A stretch of 64,000 nt of DNA from Raja brachyura (taxonomy: Eukaryota). Below are positions 53,334 through 64,000 of the stretch, in pieces. The position numbers and the translations under genes were made by a program. The stretch covers positions 12,338,001 to 12,402,000 of the forward strand of contig OY740804.1 in the NCBI GenBank assembly GCA_963514005.1, given 5' to 3'. Every line of letters begins with the position of its first letter. The stretch's first letter is position 1. The notes below the pieces were generated by a model, which searched no databases, had not been told where the DNA came from, and was given only the letters and a program-made list of their open reading frames with translations.

Positions 53334-54997
53334 TCACATCTCACTCTACACCTCCATCCCCCACCAGGATGGTCTCAAAGGCCTCCGGTACTTCCTCGAC
53401 CAGGAGCAACCCATACCCGTCCACTGACACCATCCTCCGCCTAGCGGAGTTGGTCCTTACCCTCAATAACTTCTCTTTTGACTCCTCCCATTTCCTCCAA
53501 ACACATGGCGTGGCTATGGGCACACGCAATGGCCCCAGCTACGCTTGCCTCTTTGTCGGGCACGTCGAACAATCTTTGTTCTCGGCGTACCAGGGCCCCA
53601 TCCCCGACCTCTACCTCCGTTACATCGACGACTCCTTTGGTGTCACCTCCTGCACCCACACACAACTGATTGACTTCATCCATTTCACCACCAACTTCCA
53701 TCCGGCACTCAAATACACTTAGACCATTTCCCTACCATTCCTTGCCCTCACCATCTCTATTGCAGGTGATACACTCCTGACCGACATCCACTACAAACCA
53801 ACTCACTCCCACAGCTACCTGGACTACTCTTCCTCCCACCCTGCTTCCTGTAAGGACTCCATCTCCAATTCCTCAGTCAGGATGAGGCGTTCCACACCAG
53901 GTCATCACAAATGTCCTCATTCTTCAGAGAACGGGGATTCCCCTCCCCGACTATAGATGAGGCTTGCACCAGGGTCTCCTCCATACCCCACAACACTGCC
54001 CACTCTCCCCATTCCCCCACTCACAACAAGGGCAGAGTCCCCCTGGTCCTCACCGTTGACCCCGCCAGCCGGCACATACAACACATAGTCCTCCGCCAGT
54101 TTCGCCACCTCCAACGTGACCCCTCCACTCGCCACATCTTCCCATCTCTCCCCGTATGCCTTCCGCAAAGGCCGCTCCCTCCGCAACTCCCTTGTCAATT
54201 CTTCCCTTCCCTCCCGCTCCACCCCTTCCCCGGGCACTTTCCCTTGCAACCGCAAGAGATGCTACACTTGTCCCTTCACCTCCCCCATCCACTCCTTTCA
54301 GGGACCCAAGCAGTCCTTCCAGGTCCGACAGAGGTTCACCTGCACCTCCTCCAACCTCATCTACTGCATCCGTTGCTCCAGATGCCAGCTGGTCTATATC
54401 AGTGAGACCAAGCGGAGGCTTGGCGATCGTTTCGCCGAACACCTCCGCTCGGTCCGCAATAACCAACCCGACCTCCCGGTGGCTCAGCACTTCAACTCCC
54501 CCTCCCATTCCGTATCCGACCTCTCGGTCCTGGGCCTCCTCCATGGCCAGAGTGAGCCACACCGCAAGTTGGAGGAACAGTACCTCATATTCCACTTGGG
54601 GAGTCTGCATCCTCTGGGCTTACACATTGAATTTTCTAAATTCTGTTAACCCTGGCTGTCTCCTCCCCTTCCCACCTCTCCCTAAGCCCTCGGGTCCTGG
54701 CATTCCTTCTCTCTCCATCTCTCCCCCACCCAAGTCGCACTAGCTTCTCATTTTCACACTACAAACAGCTTACAATGGCCTGTTTCCCAATACTTTTTTG
54801 CATATCTTTCATTCATTGTTCTTTATCTCCACATCACTGTCTATATCTCTCGTTTCCCTGATCCCTAACCAGTCTGAAGGAGGGTCTCGACCCGAAACGT
54901 CGCCCATCTCCTCCACTCCTTAGATGCTGCTGCACCCGCTGAGTTTCTCCAGCTTTGTGTACCCTCGATTCTCCAGCATCTGCAGTTCCTTCTTTAA
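53334..54997 (+). mobile_element. Penelope-like element (RT + GIY-YIG endonuclease), 5'-truncated, with 14-bp flanking direct repeat CACATGCAAGAGGA
   Basis: LTLNNFSF...QTHGVAMGT...YLRYIDDSF (RT); FTCTSSNLIYCIRCSRCQLVYISETKRRLGDRFAEH (GIY-YIG); direct repeat at 53320-53333 and 54998-55011. Confidence 0.92.
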
Positions 54998-55099
54998 CAC
55001 ATGCAAGAGGACATTAGTTTAACATGGCAGCATGTTCTGCACTGACATTGTGGACCACAGGTCTGTTCCTGTGCAGTGCTGTTCTAGGTTTCCTTCCAT

Positions 55100-56640
55100 C
55101 CACTACACCTCCCTCTTGTTTTATAAGAGTACCACACAGGAACAGGTCCCTCGGACCACAGTGTCAATGCCAAACATGATGCTGAGACCAATTCCTATCT
55201 GCCTACACATAATCCATATCCCCTCATATCCATGTGCCTAACTAAAAGTCTCTTAAATTACACTATTGCATCTGCTTCCACTACCACCACTGGCAGCACA
55301 CCACCATTTATGGAAAAAACATGCCTCTTAATTTTATACACTTTTATCAGGTCTCCCCTCAACCTCTGGCATTGCCGGGAAAACAATCCAAGTCAGTCCA
55401 ACCTCTAGATCATTAAACAATACCTCTAGATCATTCTAATAAATCTTCTCTACACCATCTCCAAAACCACCACATCCTTACTGCAATGAATCAGCAGAAC
55501 TGCACGCAATACTCAAATGCAGCCTAACCGAAGTCGTATAAAGCTGCATCATGCCTTCTTGACTCTTATACTCAATGCCTGATCTATGAAAGCAAGAATA
55601 CCATATGCCTTCTTTACCACCCTATCAACTTGTGTTGTCACTTCCAGTTAGTTATAAACTTGGATCCTAAGATCCCTCTGTACATCAATGCTGTTAAGGG
55701 TCGTGACATTAATTGTATATTTTCCCCTCACAATTGACCTCCCAAAGTGCAACACCTCACACTTGCTCAGATTAAACACTACCTGGCATAGCTGGAGCTG
55801 ATCTTTATCCAGTGTTTACTTTAATAGCCTTCCTCACAGATAGTGACTGCAAAAATTTTGGTGACATCTACAACCCATCTGCATTTACATCCATGTCATT
55901 TAGGTATATTACAAGCAACATAGATCCCTGCAGAACTTCATATGTCAGACCTCCAGTCTGAATATTATTCTCTCACCACAACCTTTGGTTTTCTACCTGT
56001 AAACCAGTAATGAATCCATGTGAACAAGTCAATGTTAATCCCATGCATCTTCATTTACAGGATCAGCTAACCATGGGAGACTTTATCAAATGCTTTACTA
56101 AAATGTATCCATCACCCTACCGTTATCAATCACCGTCACCTCCTTAAAAAACATAGTCAGACACGACCTGCCAAGCACAAAGCTTTGCCGACTGCCCCCA
56201 ACTAACTTATTATTTTCCAATAAAAATAAAACATATCCTGGAGATTTTGTCTCTCATTAGCTTCCCTGAGGCTCATCAGTATATAATTTTATCAAATCTC
56301 TCTACTTCCCTTCTTAAACAAAGGAACAACTTTGGCTACTCTCCTGTGCTCCAGGACCTTTCCTATGACGAGAGAAGACAAAGATCTCCATCAAATCTCC
56401 TGCAATCTTTATTGCTCTCTCAATAACCTAGGACGGATTCCATCAGGCCCTGATAATTTATCCACCTTATACTCCTCAAGAGCCCCAACACCACTTCCTT
56501 TATCTCAAACTGCCCCTGCATATTAATATTCTTCACATTGATCTCATCCTCCACATCCTTCTCCTTGGTGCAAACAGATGCAAAGTACATGTTTAGTACT
56601 TTGCCTACATCCATTGACTCGAAGCACAAATTTCCTCCCT
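55100..56640 (-). mobile_element. Degenerate CR1 fragment
   Basis: Reverse-strand CR1 ORF2 remnants (VLNMYFASVCTKE, ccatcaggccctg, ttatcaaatgctt) and 3'UTR. Confidence 0.7.
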
Positions 56641-59600
56641 TGTCTCTATTTCACATTACAAATCTCCTATTCGGTCTTTATCCAATTCCATATCTGTACT
56701 TTCCAATCAACGTCACCTCCATCCGTTGTTACTATCTCCCTCATCTGCCAACCATCCCTTCCTCATCAGAATCCACCTACCATTTCCCATTTTTGCCCCA
56801 TCCCTTCCCCTCAACCTCTTTACGAGCATCTTCTCCTCTACTCAGTTTGAAGAAAGGTCCCAATCCAAAACACCACCTGTGCATTTCACTCTACAGATGC
56901 CTGACCTGCTGAGTTCCTTCAGCACTATTTTTGCTCAACATCCAGCATCTGGAGTCTCTTGTGTCACCATTAATCACAGCAATAGCTTCATAATAGTTTA
57001 TCATTCATGGATTAGTATTTTAAAAGTGTGATGTACAAATAGCAATTACCAACACAAACAAATAATAAAACAAACCGTTCAGGCAAATGAAACAGTAGCC
57101 AGTGTGAAGAATACAAGCATGCTATAGACTAACTGGACTGTGCGTATCATTTGGTATTAAAGCACCACGTACACTTAACACCTATTGATTGTTCCAATTG
57201 CTTGTAATTCCCTACAGGGTTACATGGTGACAAAATAAAATCACACAGACCACAGGGTAGAGAGTTTGATTTCTCCTCATATAAATTACCTTATCTTGCT
57301 AGCCATGAGAATAACCCATGCTAGGAAGGAATGGAGAAATGTTTTCTTTTTGATCAGTGATTCCACATCAGTGACTCCAGAGAATAAAACATTATAGTTT
57401 AAACTATAATATTTTTTCTTAATGTTTTAATGTTTTGTGTTTTATTCTTAATTGTTTACTGCATGTCGTGTTGTTACTTGCGAGCGGTGCACCAAGGCAA
57501 ATTCCTAGTATGTGTACATACTTGGCCAATAAACGTATTCATTCATTCGCATTGCATCCTCATGCAAATAGTGTTACACTTGCAAATTAGGTTTCAATAC
57601 AATTAATTCTCCCCAATACTAAGTTAACACTTAATTTAAGATTATTTTTGAAAAACAGTTGCTGGAATAAAATATGAGTGTGTAAGAAGTAACTGCAGAT
57701 GCTCGTTTAAACTGAAGATAGACACAAAAAGCTGGAACAAGGCAACGGGTCAGGCAGCATCTCTGGAGAAAAGGAATTGGTTACATTTCAGATAGTGACC
57801 CTTCTTTAGACGAGTGGGCAGTTAATGGAGGGCAACTATCATGCTCCAGGTCATACAATAAAAAGATAAAACAATTCAAGAATACATAGGAGTAAAATAC
57901 TATAGCGTTATTTTCCTAAAATGACATTCAGCTCCGTGGTAAAACATTCAAGCCCAAGTAAAACAATCTAACACAAAAAAACAAAAGTTTATTGTTCCAC
58001 TTTAATGCTGTAATGAAACTTTTCCAAAATCTGTCCTCGAATAAAATGTAATCTTGCCCAAAATCAGCCCACTCTATTAACCTACATCCAACATTTTTCA
58101 ACATAATTAATTATAATGTAGTCTGTCACACAATCTAATCAACAGCAAACATCAGATGTGATTTACCCAGCATCAGTCCTATAGAATAAATATACTTTGC
58201 TTAACCTCTGGAGGTGGGGGGTTAAAACTTTCACCGGAGACCCTGTTTTCTGTTAAGCTTTGTGATTTGCCTCTTCCTCCCTAGTTATTTTCTAAGATGC
58301 ATAATACTAATACATTCCCAATCTGATGAGTGGTTGAATTGAAACTATTTCAGTTCTTTCACCACACATCACCTGCTCTGATGATTACCACAACTCAGTT
58401 TCTACTTGATTTCCAGCATCTACAATATATTGTCTCAATGAATCTATTAAGCTAGAACATAGTAACATTTCCTGAAGAATTTGTGATGGAAAGGATGCAT
58501 GCTTTCAACATTACAAGAGGCTTGTGCAATTATTTCTGGAAGAAGAAATATCACTTTCTGGCTTTTGGCGCAGACAGAGCACATTTCTGAAAATAGTAAT
58601 CGACAAGACGGACAAATTAATCTGGTACATTTTCAGCACATTATTGAGAAGGGCTTTACAGACAATCACAAGGTAAACAGGTTTCACTTGCCTGCGAGCT
58701 AGAAAAAAATTGCGACATCATGTCCAATAGAATTTGTGCTGTTCCTGGTTACATACTAAACATTCCCGACACTACTGGATAATCAGTTTTAATCAATGTT
58801 GTTTTTTCCACAAACTAAACCAACTGTCCCATTTGCATTTTGGTGAAGAGTCCCCTAATGGAAATCATATGTGATACAAGAGGGCAATGTGGCATGAAGA
58901 ATCACAAGGTGGCTGAAGCCAATAAATGATGCAGTTTTGATTTAGACTGCTAATCAAATGGGTTTAATCATAACAGTTTATTCTTGGGTTTTGTTATATT
59001 CATATTTATTAACAACATGACACCCACCACAGATTTACAAATTATGTCAGAACATTACAAGAAAATGGATTGCAGCGGATTTGGGAAAGTGGGGCTATGA
59101 TTTGAAAAATAAATTAAACAGCGTAACTGCACATTTCAACTCTTGCAATCTATTTGGAATAAAAAGGTCTAAATGACAGGAAAGCAGCCACCAACTGCTC
59201 CAATAAGTTTTAAATTGAATATCAGGAAAGTGGTGCAATGATCTGGACAGATGAGAGATGTTAAAAGTTCAAGAAAATGTAATCTTAAAGTGGCTTCCAC
59301 TTATGGAAGAGCTCAGCTTGAAGGAGCACAAGTAGGTAACAAGACAAATTAAGTAGGACATTGATACGAGTGAATAATGGGGAAAAATCTAAAATGGTTC
59401 ATATGAAATATTAATCTACATGGCCAACTCATTCCTGCAAAATAATGTTTATCATTTCCAGTACCAAAATGGTGCAGCATGCTTAGTTAAAACCTCACTT
59501 GGAATAGAGTATAATTTTAGTTAGTCATATTAACATTACAACAGTTTAGGTGGGTATCATAAAAACATTTAAAAGAGATTGGGACAGGTACATGGATAGG

Positions 59601-59731
59601 AAAGGTTTAGAGGGATATGTGCCAAACAGGAGGAGGTGGACTAGTCTGGCAAGGCATCTTGGTCGCCACGGGCAAGTTGGGCCGAAGAGCCCGTTTCATT
59701 GCTGTACGAGTATGACAATGACTTTTCCTCA

Positions 59732-59867
59732 NNNNNNNNNNNNNNNNNNNNNNNNNNNNNNNNNNNNNNNNNNNNNNNNNNNNNNNNNNNNNNNNNNNNN
59801 NNNNNNNNNNNNNNNNNNNNNNNNNNNNNNNNNNNNNNNNNNNNNNNNNNNNNNNNNNNNNNNNNNN
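59732..59867. other. Assembly gap (136 N)
   Basis: Run of n. Confidence 1.
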
Positions 59868-62389
59868 TTATAGTATGTATATATATTCATAGTATAATAA
59901 AAACACACACACACAATCCTATCTGTCACCAAAATTAAAATTCCTGTTGATAATTCTATGGAAACCTGCAGGGTTTCAACATAATGCATCACATTTTGTG
60001 GTGAATCAGCACATTATTTTCAATGAATGACCCGAGCTCATCATTGGGAAGCACACTCACATCAAGCTGCCAAGTGAGTTTCTGCAACACCCAGAATTGA
60101 ATAAACTATAAAAACAAACCAAATATCTTTAAAACGGCTGTTGTTCAGGGGGTGTTCACTGCTTCAAGTATGCACATTTTAATTGGTGCTCATTAATGAT
60201 CAATAACAATTATGAATCATAAATCATAATTTCACAACTCCCAAAAATCACCGATTTGTAGTCCTTCTCAAAGGATAGAAGCCATAATTTTATGGATTCC
60301 TAGACACTAAAATGTCCAGTGCTTTATTATTATGCAGCACAAGATTAAATACCCAGAATGCAGGAAATGGTGGAGGTTGCCAATAATAAAGGTTGACATT
60401 CTAAAAGGTGGTACGTATCCACCCACACTAAAATTGTGGAAAGCTAGAATGATCATGTCAAAGTAACTCACAAGAATTTTTGATTGATCAGCTACTCAGA
60501 AATTAAGGTGCAAAGACAAACAGTCTCACCATTAAAATACATCAAAGCAAGTTTATCTTTAAATTTCATTCAGTGCCCTAAACTATATTGATGCAACTGA
60601 AAACAGCATACTGTTTTCCAAATAAATAGCTTTCCATATTTATTCCCAAGATGGTTACACAAAAAACTGGAGAAACTCAGCGCGTGCAGCAGCATCTAAG
60701 GAGCGAAGGAGATAGGCGACGTTTTGGGTCGAGACCCTTCTATTCCCAAGATGTTCTGCTGTTTTTGATGCTGGGTATAGTGTTGGTGGAGATACAGAAA
60801 AGGGGTGGTATACAGCAGTGTTACAAGTTGACAATCAGGATAAGAATTTTAACAGGCATTGTTTTAGCCTCAGTACTAACAATAGCAAGACCACATGGTG
60901 GCTTAATGGTTAATTCACTGAACGATGTTGATGCCCCTGGACTACAGGCCTGGAAAGAAGCTTAAACATTTCATCATCAAGGCTAAGGAATGTAAACTCA
61001 TAAATAAAACTGGAACAACTAGTAACAGTAATCAAAACCACTAAAATACTAAATTATACAAACTCAGCTGGCTCAACAAAATATACTCTCCACCTGAAGC
61101 ATCACCCACTCCTATCCAGAAATGCTGCCTGTCCCGCTGAACTACTCCAGCATTTTGTGTCTATCTTCCATGTAAATCAGCATCTGCTGTTCTTTCCTAC
61201 ACAAAATACGGTACCCTAGTTTCAACTCCAAACACCGTTGTAATCGGCTCTTAACTATTCCCTAGTGGCCTAGCGAGCCGAAGCAATCAAGGATGCCAAA
61301 TATTTTTTTGTCTTGTCTGTGACACCATGTCCCATTATTGAACAATCCAACAAAACAAAGAATAAACTTGGTCCCCAATGCAAACATGGAAATTGTAAGT
61401 TGGCACTCAGATCCACTCGTTCTACTCAACCCCTTAACACAAGGAGTCTGCCACACAGCCTCTCAAGCCTGTCACACACTCAATGTGATCATAGCTGATC
61501 TATGTTGCAACCTGTTCTATGGCAGCTTCCCATAAACCTCTATTTTTTTTCAAATATCTATTGTCTTGGTTCTTGGTCCTCCAAAATATTCCAACTGGAA
61601 TTTAAACTGGAGGTGGTGAAGGGAGGGGGTTAGCCAGAGAGGGTTATTGTCATCTAATACATGATTTGTCACCTAAATACATGACATTTTCTAGCTTTAG
61701 CCAACCTTGAGGCATTGCATTTTAGAGATTCACTACCCTCGGAAGAATTTGCTACACACCATTATTAAAACGCCAACCCCTTATTTTTTTTAATAACCAT
61801 CCCCATGCAAACATCTCAGTATCTATGTTTAAGAAGTAACTGCAGATGCTGGAAAATCAAAGCTAGATAAAAATGTTGGAGAAACACTGAAGAAGGGTCT
61901 CGATCCGAAACATTGCCCATTTCCTTCGATCCATAGATGCTGCCTCACCCGCTGTGTTTCTCCAGAATTTTCATCTCAGTATCTACCTTGTTAAGTTCCT
62001 TTAGGATCTTCTATGTTTGAATAAGGTCACCCTTAAAACATCCTTCCTGGATCCACCCTGTAATGCCTCGTTTATCAAGGTTAAACCGTATAAATTCTAA
62101 CGTCAATGTTTGAAGTTGGCTATAACTAGATAACAATTAACAACGTCACACTATTTCCAAGCATAAACCCGAGAGAAGCTACTCAGTTAATCAAATACGC
62201 GTATTCTACCTTAGCAGTATAATTACACTTCCTAATCCTTTCTTCTGTATTTAATCCTGAAAAAGCCAACACAGTAATGGATAACAATATTTAACGCAAC
62301 ACTTGACGGATTAACAAGGAAATCTACTTTCCAGTGAAACACAATACTGCATGTATCGCTCGTGCTTCTTCTAATCTTGTTTACAGCCA

Positions 62390-63100
62390 GCTAACGAGGT
62401 TGCGCAATTCCGCCTGCAAGTGCAGAGGGTTGATATTCCGGGCCGGAGGGGAGCGGAAGCGGGCGCGGTGCACCGTGGTATTTGTAGTCCGACACGACAA
62501 ACGAACGCCCCACCCGCCCGGAAGCGGAAACCATCGCCACGAGTGGCGACGGAAATCCCGCCCCTCTACTCGCACGTGATTGGTTCGCCGCCACATCCAT
62601 CAACGTCAACCCCATAAAAGGCGATCCACACGTACGTAAAAAAAAAATTCATGCGGTAGTTGGGGGGCGAGAGAAAGAGAGAAAGAAAGAAAATAAATAA
62701 GAATGGAGGAGGGAGTCTGTGGATAGGGAGGGCGCGGGGGCGCCTGTACTGGGGGCTGCCGGCGTCGAGCAACATGACGGACAATAACAGCAGCAGCAGC
62801 AGCAGCAGCTCCCCCCGCGGTGGCGCAGCTCGGCGGCTGAGGGCCAGGCCCCGGCCCGCGGACCCGCAGCGCCACCGCTCCCCTCCCGCCCGCCCGGACA
62901 CGCACCGCCGGCTTCACCGCATCCTCAACCCGTGCGGGGAGAGGGTGGGAGCCGGGCGCCGGCCGGCGGAGTCCCGATCCCCGCTACTCACCCCAACAGC
63001 AGAAGCACTCCAGCGCCGCCATAAGCAGCACGGCACATGACGTAGCGATCCGCCCGGATCTCGCGATGACGCCCGCAGCTGCGGCCAAATCCCGCGCGAG
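62390..63100. promoter_or_regulatory. CpG island / CSDE1 promoter and proximal intron 1
   Basis: Sharp rise in GC and CpG; TCTCGCGA (BANP/ZBTB33-type) at ~63059, TGACGT at ~63038, YY1-like GCCGCCAT at ~63015; ZNF143-type, ETS, E-box and CCAAT motifs at 62464-62583. Confidence 0.85.
62992..63040 (-). other. CSDE1: CSDE1 exon 1 (5'UTR; TSS approximate)
   Basis: Minus strand GTGCTGCTTATGGCGGCGCTGGAG...GCTGTTGGG|gtgagt, matching the recalled vertebrate CSDE1 exon 1; lies in a CpG island. Confidence 0.85.
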
Positions 63101-64000
63101 GAGGGGAGGGAGCAAAGGAAGGGGGAGGAGGGAAGAGGAGAGGGGGAGGAGGGAAGAGGAAAGGGGGAGGAGGGAAGAGGAAAGGGGGAGGAGGGAAGAG
63201 GAAAGGGGGAAGAGGAGAGGGGGAGGAGGGAAGAGGAAAGGGGGAGGAGGGAAGAGGAAAGGGGGAGGAGGAAGGAGGGAGGGAAGAGGAAAGGGGGAAG
63301 AGGGAGGGAGGGAAGGGAAGAGGAAAGGGGGAAGAGGGAGGGAAGGAAGGGAAGAGGAAAGGGGGAAGAGGAAGGAAGGAGGGAGGGAAGAGGAAGGAAG
63401 GAGGGAGGGAAGAGGAAAAGGAGGGAAGAGGAAAGGGGAGGGAAGAGGAAGGGAGGGGAGGGAAGAGGAAGGGAGGGGAGGGAAGAGGAAGGGGGGAGGA
63501 GGGAGGGAAGAGTAGGAGCAAATATCCCAGTAGGAGGGGCAAGAAGAAGCAAGGGAAGACTGGACAAGGATGGGGAGAGAGGAGGAAGAGAGGATGAGAA
63601 GCAAGGGAAATGAGGGGAAGAGGAGCGGGAGGGGAAAGAAGAAGAGTAGAGTAGGAGGAGGAAGGGAAATAGACAATAGGTGCAGGAGTAGGCTATTTGG
63701 TCCTTCAAGCCAGCTCCGCCATTCAATGTGATCATGGTTGATCATCCCCAATCAGTACCCTGTTCCTGCCTTGTCCCCATATCCCCTGACTCCGCTATTT
63801 TTAAGAGCCCTATCTAGCTCTCTCTTGAAAGGGAGGAGGGGGAAGGGAAGAGAGGAGGAAAGGGGGAAGGAAATGAGGGGAACCGAACAGACGGAGGGAA
63901 AGGAAGAGGGGAGGTGGAGGAGGGGATGAGAGAGAAAGGAAGAGAGGCGGGGATTAGAAAGGGAAGATGAGGAGGGATCAAAAGAAAGGGATGAGTAGGA
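63100..64000 (+). repeat. Polypurine low-complexity tract (GGGAAGAGGAAAGGGGGA-type units) interrupted by a CR1 3'-end fragment at ~63670-63830
   Basis: Almost pure G/A on the plus strand with degenerate ~21-nt units. Confidence 0.9.

Larger units (their letters stand above)
2879..63040 (-). other. CSDE1: CSDE1/UNR gene span within the window (exons 1-13 counting the optional N-terminal exon; 3' exons lie left of position 1)
   Basis: Spliced exons give MSFDPNLLHNNGHSGFANGTSGALRETGVIEKLLASYGFIQCTERQARLFFHCSQYSGNLQDLKVGDDVEFEVSSDRRTGKPIAVK... with repeated cold-shock-domain GFI/FFH motifs; all introns GT-AG with consistent phases. Confidence 0.98.

Noticed and set aside
57391-57410. Perfect 20-bp palindrome ATTATAGTTTAAACTATAAT
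   Set aside because: AT-rich and at a repeat junction; likely an insertion by-product
62914-63751. Long Pro/Ser/Leu- and Gly/Arg/Glu-rich ORFs (up to 273 aa)
   Set aside because: Artefacts of the polypurine low-complexity tract, which lacks stop codons
1-64000. CRISPR arrays, operons, rRNA or tRNA genes
   Set aside because: None seen; this is eukaryotic intron-exon DNA and the only tRNA-like sequences are a SINE head and an LTR PBS

Overview
Vertebrate genomic DNA, most likely a cartilaginous fish (skate or ray, inferred from CR1/HER1-type LINEs, a V-SINE and Penelope-derived repeats). The window holds the 5' part of CSDE1 (UNR, cold shock domain-containing E1) on the minus strand: a CpG-island promoter and non-coding exon 1 (~63.0 kb), 5'UTR exon 2 (51270-51620), the alternative N-terminal extension exon (37276-37417) and ten further coding exons down to 2879; the remaining exons lie left of the window. 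All junctions are GT-AG and the reading frame is continuous. Introns carry CR1, Rex1/Babar and Penelope-like retroelements, a truncated Gypsy element, a MITE and SINEs. The most interesting signal is in the repeat-poor introns around the alternative 99-nt exon (24608-24706). Two identical 20-mers upstream of it can pair with either a downstream or an upstream partner, using G-U wobbles that work only on the sense strand. The same introns contain several well-formed candidate poison exons and RBFOX motifs, suggesting an undescribed RNA-structure/NMD splicing switch. Comparisons with human CSDE1 are from memory, not from a run alignment.
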